A DNA stretch of 32,079 bases from a virus. The translations under genes and the position numbers were made by a program. The notes beneath the pieces are model-generated. The model was given only the letters and a program-made list of their open reading frames with translations. It did no database searches and was not told where the DNA came from. How positions within the stretch are numbered: position 1 is the stretch's first letter; each line of letters begins with the position of its first letter. The stretch spans positions 1 to 32,079 of the IMG/VR virus record IMGVR_UViG_3300009450_000002; one strand, given 5' to 3'. This document shows positions 1 to 7,968 of the stretch, one piece after another.

Positions 1-99
1 GCTGACCAAGAAATGGTCATCAGTGAGGCCCATGAACTCACGTGTCGGAACACCATCCACCTTGTACGTCGGCTTGTACACCTTCGCGTCGAACGCGTG
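1..99. repeat. Terminal direct repeat: nt 1-99 are identical to nt 31981-32079 (circular-contig overlap or terminal redundancy)
   Basis: Read directly. Both copies run from gctgaccaagaaatggtcat to cgtcgaacgcgtg. A minus-strand ORF reads in frame across the junction. Confidence 0.95.
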
Positions 100-591
100 T
101 GGGGCATAGTGGCACTCGATGCCACGGTCCTCCATGATGCGCTTGCCGAACGGTGACATGGCCACAGGTGTGACGTTGTCACGTTGCAGGAACTCTTTCA
201 CCATCGGTGGGATAGTGATGTGATCTAGTGGGACGTAGGCGATGATGGGGCCGTCATACTTCAGGTTCTTGTACACCCACACGTCATACAAGGTCATGAT
301 CGCGTGGTTCACGCCAGGGTTCTTGTCCTCCCAGTCTTTCGCCCAGATGGGGATGACATCGTCACTGTACGGTTTGAACCCCTTCGGATAATGCATCACG
401 TCACCGTGTTTGGTTCGTATCTTGTCGAACAGACCCTCAAGACCGTAGTTGGATTGCACGGCCGTGCGCACACCGTGTCGCATTAGACGGTCGACCAAGT
501 ACTGGGCTTGCACACCGTAACCAGTGGTAGTGCCAGGTGTGTTGCTGATAAGACTGAGGGCGGCGTTCGGAATTCTCTCATGTTTTGCCAT
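1..591 (-). CDS. Glycosyltransferase (GT-B fold, GT1/GT4-like), 5' part. The ORF continues across the circular junction into 31363-31980, 403 aa in total.
   Basis: ATG at 591 gives MAKHERIPNAALSLISNTPGTTTGYGVQAQYLVDRL... I translated it by hand with no stop down to nt 1. It joins in frame to ...VYKPTYKVDGVPTREF of ORF 31363-32061. Confidence 0.75.
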   Translation of the reverse strand, partial: MAKHERIPNAALSLISNTPGTTTGYGVQAQYLVDRLMRHGVRTAVQSNYGLEGLFDKIRTKHGDVMHYPKGFKPYSDDVIPIWAKDWEDKNPGVNHAIMTLYDVWVYKNLKYDGPIIAYVPLDHITIPPMVKEFLQRDNVTPVAMSPFGKRIMEDRGIECHYAPHAFDAKVYKPTYKVDGVPTREFMGLTDDHFLVS

Positions 592-606
592 GACGCCTAG
601 CATACA

Positions 607-645
607 GAAAACCCCCGCCAATCACAGGGACTGGCGAGGGTTTCT
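607..645 (-). terminator. Stem-loop terminator downstream of the capsid gene
   Basis: aaaccc-c-cgcca / loop / tggcg-a-gggttt hairpin at 609-643. On the minus strand it is followed by TTTTCTG. It lies 15 nt after the capsid stop. Confidence 0.6.
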
Positions 646-659
646 GCAGTGTCGAAAGG

Positions 660-1814
660 CTAGGCCATTTCGAGGTACTTGATGTGGGACGCGTCAGTAA
701 CTGCCGCGCCCAGACGGTACGTGAACCGGTAGGTGGTCACATCCTGGTTGAAGGCGTAGTCCACAGAAGTGGCCACATCCAAACCAGTGGTGGCAACCTT
801 CACCTGATCCCATGCGCCAAAGAAGACCGGCTTGGTCCCAGTGGCGATGTTTGCAACGGCCGCGTTTTCATACACGGGGAATCCGAGGATGCTTCCAGTA
901 GCGTTGCTTCCACCGTTGACCCCGTTCCCTCCGGTGATGGGTTCGAACACGTATGCTCCAGAACCATCCTTGAGGCGACGGATTGCACCGGCGGTCGAGG
1001 TGGACACCATGTAGGCGGCCGAACCGAGGCGACGAACTGCTCCATCGACCGAGAAGGCCAATTCCAGAAGTTCGTCGGCTGTTATGGCATTGGTCGTTCC
1101 TGCCGTAATTCCGCTACCGGCAACTGCAGTCACGGCGGCGTGGATAACGGCATTGGCACGTGTACCAATTGCATTGCCCGCTTGATCCGCAATTGTTCCC
1201 TCGATGTCAAATCCAGCGTCCATGAGCAGTTCGTTCGCAATCGAACTCAGGAACGCCTGCTTCGTGGGCTGGATCAGAAGGCTGGAGAACGTGGGCTGGC
1301 TTTCTGCAATAGCAGAACCGGCGCTGTACTCCGAGGCGGTGCTGTAGGCCGTCATCACAGGGATGCGCAAGTCTGCACCGGATGACCTCTGAATTACGTC
1401 AGCAACCTCAAGGTAAGGTCCGACAAGGCGTGCCTTGAGGAATACCTGATCGAGGAAGTCGACGGGAACAGTGTTGGCAGAAGGAACCAGGGTTGCGCGT
1501 GACTCAAAACCGAAGTTATGTTCACGAACCTCACCACGTCCCATTGCACGGAAAATGTCACCGGCGTTGCGGGACTCTTCCTTGGGCATGAACGAACCGG
1601 CGGCCACGGATGCTTCCATGGCGCGTTCTTCGTTCCGACGTGCAACCTCGATAGCCTCAGAGTGGCGCTGGTAGTCAGCCTCAAGGTTATCCAGTTTGCG
1701 CAATTCCTCAGAGTCGATCGAACGTCCCTCAGCCTCGACAGAGTCGATGACGTCACGCATTTGCATGACTAGGTTCGCACGGGTTTCCTCTGAGCGTTTG
1801 ATGAACTCAGACAT
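660..1814 (-). CDS. Major capsid protein, HK97 fold, with an N-terminal delta (scaffold-like) domain
   Basis: 384 aa. The N-terminal ~100 aa are charged coiled coil (SEELRKLDNLEADYQRHSEAIEVARRNEERA), followed by a typical HK97-family body. It sits in the head module. Confidence 0.88.
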   Translation of the reverse strand: MSEFIKRSEETRANLVMQMRDVIDSVEAEGRSIDSEELRKLDNLEADYQRHSEAIEVARRNEERAMEASVAAGSFMPKEESRNAGDIFRAMGRGEVREHNFGFESRATLVPSANTVPVDFLDQVFLKARLVGPYLEVADVIQRSSGADLRIPVMTAYSTASEYSAGSAIAESQPTFSSLLIQPTKQAFLSSIANELLMDAGFDIEGTIADQAGNAIGTRANAVIHAAVTAVAGSGITAGTTNAITADELLELAFSVDGAVRRLGSAAYMVSTSTAGAIRRLKDGSGAYVFEPITGGNGVNGGSNATGSILGFPVYENAAVANIATGTKPVFFGAWDQVKVATTGLDVATSVDYAFNQDVTTYRFTYRLGAAVTDASHIKYLEMA

Positions 1815-1904
1815 TGATATTTCTCCAATGGTTGGAATGGATATGGGTGTGGTGGCGGATGACGCTCAACCGTTCGGCATCGCTAACGAACTTCCGATGT
1901 TTCT

Positions 1905-1935
1905 ATTGTAGACAGTGGTGTGTGGTTGGCGTCAG
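1905..1935 (-). promoter_or_regulatory. Candidate promoter for the capsid gene (CTGACG -35, TACAAT -10)
   Basis: Minus strand reads CTGACG-N19-TACAAT (-10 at 1910-1905), about 90 nt upstream of ATG 1814 and back-to-back with plus-strand promoter P1. Confidence 0.3.
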
Positions 1936-1953
1936 ATTTCTTGTCATATGTAG

Positions 1954-1983
1954 TTGACATCTGTGTGTCTAGTCATATACAGT
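1954..1983 (+). promoter_or_regulatory. Promoter P1: TTGACA-N18-TACAGT (actinobacterial SigA/sigma-70 type)
   Basis: TTGACA at 1954-1959 and TACAGT (TAnnnT) at 1978-1983. Promoter and leader are near-identical to 29804-29866. Confidence 0.6.
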
Positions 1984-2011
1984 AGAGTCATCAGAGAGAA
2001 AGGAACACCAA

Positions 2012-2131
2012 ATGCAAACCTTCAAGACAATCTCACTCCAATGTGATGAGTGTGGTGCCGACAACGCTGGCTGGCCTCAAGAGGACATGATCGTCTGCAC
2101 TGATTGCTTCGCTGACGAGGAGGCTGAATAG
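2012..2131 (+). CDS. 39-aa zinc-ribbon-like small protein (CxxC...CxxC)
   Basis: Not in the ORF track because it is under 60 aa. ATG 2012 is preceded by GAGAGAAAGGA. Sequence is MQTFKTISLQCDECGADNAGWPQEDMIVCTDCFADEEAE, with TAG at 2129-2131 three nt before the next ATG. Confidence 0.55.
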   Translation: MQTFKTISLQCDECGADNAGWPQEDMIVCTDCFADEEAE

Positions 2132-2134
2132 GCC

Positions 2135-2362
2135 ATGACTACCGCAACCGAACAGGCATGGTCCCTCTGGGACCGTGTCTGCCATATCGGAGGCCAAGGC
2201 CTCACCGAAGATCACACCTATCGCATCACTGACCTCCAGTCGGAGGCTTGGGGAAGCGACATGATCCTCAGCACGGCGACCGTCATCGACGCTGACGGCA
2301 ACCACATCGCAATCAAGAACGCTCACATCGCCTTCGACATCGACGACATCCTGGAGGGATGA
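2135..2362 (+). CDS. Hypothetical protein, 75 aa
   Basis: ORF track. GAGGAGG lies 11 nt upstream. There is an ATGA overlap with the next gene. Confidence 0.6.
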   Translation: MTTATEQAWSLWDRVCHIGGQGLTEDHTYRITDLQSEAWGSDMILSTATVIDADGNHIAIKNAHIAFDIDDILEG

Positions 2363-2730
2363 TGAACAGCACATTCAACGAAATGGACAAAGTGGTCGAC
2401 ACGTTCTTCAGTGCCATCGACCACATGACAGAAAGCAAAGAAGGGACCATCATGACAAGCGCACGTGAACAACTACTCGACCTGGCCAAGACACAGAACG
2501 CTGAGGTCAGCATCGCCTACGTCACATGTGAGGACTGCAACCATCCACACACCAAGGTGGAGGTAGTTCTGCCTGAAGGATACTCATGGCACTCACCCAT
2601 CGCTGGAGAATACTCAGGCATCGGTATCACCTCAGAATGCCGTCAACCATTCTCGACAGTGTTTGCCGAGGTCCACGCGGTCATCGACTACCCAGTACTG
2701 CCTGACACCGAACTCATCGACCACGCCTAG
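2359..2730 (+). CDS. Hypothetical protein, 123 aa
   Basis: ORF track. Translationally coupled to 2135-2362 and followed by a strong hairpin. Confidence 0.65.
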   Translation: MMNSTFNEMDKVVDTFFSAIDHMTESKEGTIMTSAREQLLDLAKTQNAEVSIAYVTCEDCNHPHTKVEVVLPEGYSWHSPIAGEYSGIGITSECRQPFSTVFAEVHAVIDYPVLPDTELIDHA

Positions 2731-2740
2731 GCATGAAGGA

Positions 2741-2774
2741 ACCCTGCCGACTAGAAGGGAGAAGTCGGCAGGGT
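2741..2774. terminator. Bidirectional stem-loop between convergent genes
   Basis: CCCTGCCGAC (2742-2751) pairs with GTCGGCAGGG (2764-2773), a perfect 10-bp stem with a 12-nt loop. Confidence 0.6.
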
Positions 2775-2781
2775 AACCCGT

Positions 2782-2964
2782 CTAGCGCTTCTCTGGCGCT
2801 TTCATGACGCGGGTTTCCTTCACTGGGTCATATGATTTGACCTCAGGCTCATCCAACGCCATGATAGCGTCAGCCATAGCACCTGCCAGGTCTTTGATAA
2901 CACCGTTCTCAGGGTCACCGGCGACCTTCAGGATTGCCTTGCGAATGTCTTCTTTTTTAGCCAT
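2782..2964 (-). CDS. Hypothetical small head-module protein, 60 aa
   Basis: ORF track. It has an 8-nt overlap with the protease gene. Confidence 0.5.
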   Translation of the reverse strand: MAKKEDIRKAILKVAGDPENGVIKDLAGAMADAIMALDEPEVKSYDPVKETRVMKAPEKR

Positions 2965-4264
2965 TAAGCAACTCCAGGATTTCTAGTTTCTTCTTCTTCA
3001 GGGCCAGTAGATCATCAGCCTTGGTGTCTACGGGTGCAGGCTCAGGTTCTGCCTGTTGTGGTTTCAGGTTGTCGATGACTTTCGATAACAGGTCGACATC
3101 CTCGGAGGACATGTCAGCGCCTTCTTCCAGTTTCAGGATGGCGTCAGCAAGTTGGTCAGCATCCACATCGGCTGATCGCGCTACACGGTCGAGGCCACGA
3201 ACCGATACAGTGCCAGCGGTACCGGCATATGCAGGCCATGACACAATGCTTGCCTCGATGAGTCTGACACTGTTCAGTGTGCGCTCAGTACCGTTGTCGT
3301 TCCATGAGTCACGGATAACACTGAAACCGAATGACATTGAATCTATATCGCCACGTTTCACCAAGACCGATACGTCGCGCCCTAAAGTTGTCGGGGCCAG
3401 ATCAGCGGTCACCTTCAGACCACGGGCATCTTCCTCGACAGTCATGGTGCCTGCACGGGTCGACGCCAACACATTCGCTGGGTTGTGGTCGAACAACAGT
3501 TTCACATCGTTGCGGGAACGTAGCGATCGCTTGAACGCTCCAGGTGCCACGAACTCAGTGAACCCACCCAGATCTTCAGACCGGCTGTTGAACACTGCCG
3601 CATACCCTTCGAACCTCAGGCCACCGTCCTCCAGTTCACGGATTTCGAAGTCAACTGGACGTGTGCGAGTTTCTAGTTTTTTCACTGCCTCACCCTTTGC
3701 ACTGCTACGGTCTTGATTCTCTTGTTCAATTCTACCAACCACGCCCTCAGCATATTCCATCGCACGGCGGGCTGACCGTTTCGACGGGCCAGAACCCCAC
3801 AGAAGATGTGCGACGACGCCAGGTGTCGGATAGTCGTCACTTTCAGGGTTCGCGCCTGGAGCGTCCAGGTCTGTCATGTGCCGTGCCACCCATGCGGCGA
3901 TACGAACCCACTTGTCAGGTGTCAGAGAGTCACCACGGGCCATCTGACGCGCCTCAGTAACGGTTCTACCCTCGAGGCCATCGCCAGCTAATCCTTGGTC
4001 ATAATATCGGAGGCCCTGACGTGCCGCGGCCCTCATGTAAGCGGGTGCAACCAGGTTCACCTGACGTGATTCCACAGGTTCAGTAACATCACGGTTATCA
4101 GGCTGATAAGTGCCACCTGGTTCCAAATCCTCAGCAATACTGATCGCGACCATCTGGTCGATAGCATCCTGTTCTGTATCGTGACACGCGACAACTTCGC
4201 CGTCCTCTTTTACGACGGCCCAGGCTGGACAGTCAGGTGATTCGTTAGTGATGAAGTAAGGCAT
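2957..4264 (-). CDS. Capsid maturation (prohead) protease, HK97 family, with an extra N-terminal domain and a C-terminal coiled coil
   Basis: The central region (FEGYAAVFN...LLFDHNPANVLAS...GDIDSMSFGF...ASIVSWPAY) matches the HK97 prohead protease His/Ser motifs. It sits between portal and capsid. Confidence 0.85.
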   Translation of the reverse strand: MPYFITNESPDCPAWAVVKEDGEVVACHDTEQDAIDQMVAISIAEDLEPGGTYQPDNRDVTEPVESRQVNLVAPAYMRAAARQGLRYYDQGLAGDGLEGRTVTEARQMARGDSLTPDKWVRIAAWVARHMTDLDAPGANPESDDYPTPGVVAHLLWGSGPSKRSARRAMEYAEGVVGRIEQENQDRSSAKGEAVKKLETRTRPVDFEIRELEDGGLRFEGYAAVFNSRSEDLGGFTEFVAPGAFKRSLRSRNDVKLLFDHNPANVLASTRAGTMTVEEDARGLKVTADLAPTTLGRDVSVLVKRGDIDSMSFGFSVIRDSWNDNGTERTLNSVRLIEASIVSWPAYAGTAGTVSVRGLDRVARSADVDADQLADAILKLEEGADMSSEDVDLLSKVIDNLKPQQAEPEPAPVDTKADDLLALKKKKLEILELLNG

Positions 4265-4548
4265 CAGTCGGTCTTCTGAATCTGCATCACCGTCACATCA
4301 CAACCTGCACCATCAGGTGTCATGCCCCATAGGACATCGCCAGGTTGCAAGACAAATCGAACGTCAGTTTCAGCCTCGATGTGATGACCAGTCGTAGGCG
4401 ATACGGCAGAACCACCACCGATATATAGGTCGCGAGCCTGAGCGTGCTCATGATTGTGAATGTGAACTTCTTGTGGCATGTTATCGCCACCGGCGATCAG
4501 GACCGGTGTGTCTTGTGCTAACGAAATGCTCTTAGTGATGATTGACAT
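4264..4548 (-). CDS. Hypothetical protein, 94 aa, His-rich (HIHNHEH)
   Basis: ORF track. There are 1-nt overlaps with both the portal and protease genes. Confidence 0.6.
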   Translation of the reverse strand: MSIITKSISLAQDTPVLIAGGDNMPQEVHIHNHEHAQARDLYIGGGSAVSPTTGHHIEAETDVRFVLQPGDVLWGMTPDGAGCDVTVMQIQKTD

Positions 4549-5912
4549 TAGGTCACCTTGTCTTCATACGGTGCACCGGTGTCCTCAGGGTTGACCTGTG
4601 CGACACCCTGCAACTGCACAGAAGGCAACCCAGTGTGGTCGATAGGTGGCAGACCGATAGCCTGCAAAGCCTCGGCAGGTGAGAACCCAGAGTAGACCAG
4701 CGCCTGAACCATCTTGACGCGCTCCATCTGAGCCTTCACATCGGAGTCTTCCATGTTGACGTTTGCCAACGGGACACGTGGTTGACGTGCCGCGTCGGAG
4801 TCGACCGGTGGCATGTCCTCCAGGATGCGCACATCATTGATAGACATGGCACCCATTTGGATCATGCGGGAGTAGGCATTGGTTCTGGCGTCGAGGTCAC
4901 CGCGTAGCAGACCCTCGAGGTTGAAGCGTAGGAAGGCTTCGGTGCCTCCACGGTAACGGTTCATGAGGACAGACATGGCCGATTCGACCTTCGATGCCAG
5001 TGGCCTCAGGTTCGTCGTCACCCAGTTGCGGTTATTTTCTTCCACTGAGGCGAACGTGTTGGTGCCTGGGAGTCCCATGAGGTGTGGTGGAATGTTGAAC
5101 GCCCTGGCGACATCCTCGACCGCCATGCGACGCGCCTCGATGACCTGTGACTGTTCAGCGTCGACCTGTGTTGGTTTGAATGTTGCACCACCTGTGAGGA
5201 CACCGGTTCGGTGTGCCTTCTTCCACGATTGGTGAGAACTGTCGAAGCCGTTCCTTAAATCGGAGGCCTGGTCAGCGCTAAGCGCCCCAGGAAACTCGAT
5301 TACCCCTGCCATGGTGGTACCACTACCGAAGAATGTCTGTGCCCAACGCTCCAGCGCCAGTGACAGACCGAACGATTCCTTAAGTGCTGACACACGTGAA
5401 ATGCCCCGCACATTCCCTGGCTTCATTAGGTCAGGGATGTAGATGATGTCGTCAGAGGTAAGCGGTTCTGTTTCACCCTCGACGTTGAACTGCAGGAAGC
5501 CGAGGCCGTTGCGTTTCACCTCGACCGTGAGTGGGTTCAGTACAACCAGGTTCACTACCTCATTGCGTCGATTCGCGAACACACGGATAAACGCTGAACC
5601 CTCCAACAGCATAGAAGTGAACACGGCTGAGTAGAACGCCTCACGGGGCAGGGCCACATCAGGCCTGTTCACCCATTCTGGTTTAGGCCGAAAAGGTTTG
5701 CGGGTGCCATCATCCCTGATGAACACATCCAGTGGAAGTGTGGACAGTGTGGTGCTGATGAGGTTCACGGCACTGAACACGGCGTTGACCGTGTAGATGG
5801 TGTCACTGTTTATGTTTGTGCCAGCGTGGGTGCCGAACGCAATGTCGTCGCCTGAAGCGAAAATGGATTGGTAGGAAATCCCGCGTTCCTCGAAAAGCCT
5901 GTTAAAAATCAT
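4548..5912 (-). CDS. Portal protein (HK97-family type)
   Basis: 454 aa, positioned after the large terminase. The N-terminus (ISYQSIFASGDD...AVFSAVNLISTTLSTLPLDVF) is typical of HK97-type portals. Confidence 0.9.
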   Translation of the reverse strand: MIFNRLFEERGISYQSIFASGDDIAFGTHAGTNINSDTIYTVNAVFSAVNLISTTLSTLPLDVFIRDDGTRKPFRPKPEWVNRPDVALPREAFYSAVFTSMLLEGSAFIRVFANRRNEVVNLVVLNPLTVEVKRNGLGFLQFNVEGETEPLTSDDIIYIPDLMKPGNVRGISRVSALKESFGLSLALERWAQTFFGSGTTMAGVIEFPGALSADQASDLRNGFDSSHQSWKKAHRTGVLTGGATFKPTQVDAEQSQVIEARRMAVEDVARAFNIPPHLMGLPGTNTFASVEENNRNWVTTNLRPLASKVESAMSVLMNRYRGGTEAFLRFNLEGLLRGDLDARTNAYSRMIQMGAMSINDVRILEDMPPVDSDAARQPRVPLANVNMEDSDVKAQMERVKMVQALVYSGFSPAEALQAIGLPPIDHTGLPSVQLQGVAQVNPEDTGAPYEDKVT

Positions 5913-6047
5913 TTATCGTCCCAGGGCGATGCCAACAACAGTCAGGAATACGCCGCCCACGATGATTCCGACTGGTATGGAAATTATGAGCACCCCAACG
6001 GTGATGGCCGTGATTCCTGCAATCTGAAGTATTGATGACATTCCCAT
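5913..6047 (-). CDS. 44-aa two-TM small membrane protein
   Basis: Not in the track. Sequence is MGMSSILQIAGITAITVGVLIISIPVGIIVGGVFLTVVGIALGR. It starts 4 nt after the TerL stop, and its TAA directly abuts the portal ATG (TAAATG). Confidence 0.5.
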   Translation of the reverse strand: MGMSSILQIAGITAITVGVLIISIPVGIIVGGVFLTVVGIALGR

Positions 6048-6050
6048 AGC

Positions 6051-7583
6051 CTATCCAAAGAACTGAGGCACTACCTGTTCCATTCTAGCGACCGTGGCGC
6101 GGTCAACGGCGATGATGCAGGCCACCGCCGCATCGATTTTCCTGGGACTCGAACGACTCTCTTTCACAATCCTGGGGCCCAGGTTGTCTTGTTTCACCAC
6201 CGCATTCGCCAGATGCCTACCTAGTGTTGGGTTGCCGTCATGGATGATCGACGCTGTGCCCTCCATCACCATGTCATAAAATTTGGCACAGGCTCCAACC
6301 ATGCGCCGTGGTGAGGTGGACGGATACTCAACAACTGGCAGACCTAGTTCAGCCAACACCTGCATTGACCGTTGCCATCGAAACGGGTCACACGCGATTT
6401 CCAAAACCTTGGGATGATCCCGACAGTACTGAATGATGGTCTGCTCCACCTCAGCAATATCCACACGCCAGTCCTCATCATCAGTGTCCAGGTTCTTCTC
6501 CCAGATTTTCACCAACTGAACCTTCACTGGTTCGTCATCCTTCTGAATTGTCGATGCGACCAAGGCGGTACAGTCGCCACTGAAAGACCCGTCAAATCCG
6601 AGAATGACTTCCTCATCGGGGCTGATAGTTAAATCGCCCTCACAGGCCTCCCATGACCCCGTAGGTAGCCATGAGAGTGCTGATGCTACGAAGCAGTTCA
6701 TCCGTTTTGTACGAAACTCGGCTTCAGGTGTACGTTTCACCGCGGCCTCGAAATCCGAAGGATCATTAAGGTCACCGAACCCTGGGTTGGCCTTCCTCCA
6801 CGTTTCAGGATCACTGTGAGGTCCGTCATCCTCCCACCAAGCCATGAAGTAGTTCTTATCGTCGACCTCACCGGCTGACACCTTCTTGCCATAGTTGTAC
6901 AAGTCGAAGGCGATCGAGTCGCGTCCAGTCGAGTCTGATTTGACACCGGCGGTAGTGATAGACACCATGTGTGCCCTATCACCACGCGCCGCCATTGAGA
7001 GTGACATCACGTCGAACATTTTGCGGTTGGGTTGGGCGTGGAGTTCGTCGACCCAGATCGCGCTACTGTTCAAACCTTCAGCGGCACCTGCCTCCGCTGA
7101 TAGCACACGATATACAGACCCCTTCGCTGGTACCTCAATCGCGTCGCGGTAGAGTTTCGTCAAATCCCTGAGTTCCTCATGAGTTTCGATGATGCGCTTC
7201 GCCTCACCGAACACGATACGCGCCTGGTCGCGGGTTGCGGCGACTGAGTAGGTTTCACCACCGGCTGGACCGAATATTGTATCGAACACGGCCAGGTGAC
7301 TGGCCAAGGCGGATTTTCCGTTTTTGCGCGGCAAGCCTACAAGTGCCGTCTTTGCGAGGAACCCACCGTTTTCGTCCTGGGCGTATAACTGACGTATGAG
7401 TTCCTTCTGCCAGTCACGAAGTACCAGTTTGGAACCGGCACGCCCTGACACAGAATCCTTGGTGATGACTCCGAAGGCGTCGATGAAGTCGATGGCCAGT
7501 TCAGCCTTCTTGAACGTGGCACCCTCAGGCACGGGTGTCATCCACCGTGGTGGCCATCCTTCAACGTCTGGCATAGAAGTCAT
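6051..7583 (-). CDS. terL: Terminase large subunit (Terminase_1-like)
   Basis: 510 aa. Motifs include LRDWQKELIRQLY and a Walker-A-like GLPRKNGKSALAS, with a C-terminal nuclease half. Confidence 0.9.
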   Translation of the reverse strand: MTSMPDVEGWPPRWMTPVPEGATFKKAELAIDFIDAFGVITKDSVSGRAGSKLVLRDWQKELIRQLYAQDENGGFLAKTALVGLPRKNGKSALASHLAVFDTIFGPAGGETYSVAATRDQARIVFGEAKRIIETHEELRDLTKLYRDAIEVPAKGSVYRVLSAEAGAAEGLNSSAIWVDELHAQPNRKMFDVMSLSMAARGDRAHMVSITTAGVKSDSTGRDSIAFDLYNYGKKVSAGEVDDKNYFMAWWEDDGPHSDPETWRKANPGFGDLNDPSDFEAAVKRTPEAEFRTKRMNCFVASALSWLPTGSWEACEGDLTISPDEEVILGFDGSFSGDCTALVASTIQKDDEPVKVQLVKIWEKNLDTDDEDWRVDIAEVEQTIIQYCRDHPKVLEIACDPFRWQRSMQVLAELGLPVVEYPSTSPRRMVGACAKFYDMVMEGTASIIHDGNPTLGRHLANAVVKQDNLGPRIVKESRSSPRKIDAAVACIIAVDRATVARMEQVVPQFFG

Positions 7584-7968
7584 CTATCACTCGCTTCGTT
7601 CGGACATGCTGCGTGGAAGGTCTGTCAGCCAATCTTCTCAGACATTCATCACGGCCAGGGTCGACCACTGTGACTCGGGCGTTGTGCATCCTGTAAATTC
7701 TGGACCATTCAGCATCAGGTTGGGTGTGAACAATCCAAACGTTCCGGCGACTAATCTGTCCTACACGTAGCGCCTCTTTCACTGCAACCTTCCGCGCTGA
7801 CCGTGCGATCTGCCTGACCTCATCAGAGTAGTCATGTACCTCGATGTCATCCACCACCATGGCTGATGCAATCAAATCCATGTCGACGACGATGTCGCCA
7901 GGTAGTGCATTCTCAGTCACGAACGTGGATTTACCTGCACACGGTGGTCCACTGATGACCCTGATCAT
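7561..7968 (-). CDS. P-loop NTPase / nucleotide-kinase-like protein
   Basis: 135 aa with an N-terminal Walker A (ISGPPCAGKST). It overlaps TerS by 4 nt and TerL by 23 nt. Confidence 0.65.
   Translation of the reverse strand: MIRVISGPPCAGKSTFVTENALPGDIVVDMDLIASAMVVDDIEVHDYSDEVRQIARSARKVAVKEALRVGQISRRNVWIVHTQPDAEWSRIYRMHNARVTVVDPGRDECLRRLADRPSTQHVRTKRVIDDFYARR

Noticed and set aside
684-1385. 233-aa plus-strand ORF, plus other ORFs at 800-1045, 832-1014, 1394-1756, 1471-1674 and 1518-1772
   Set aside because: These lie entirely inside or antisense to the well-supported capsid gene. They are Arg/Gly/Cys-rich shadow frames with no RBS context.
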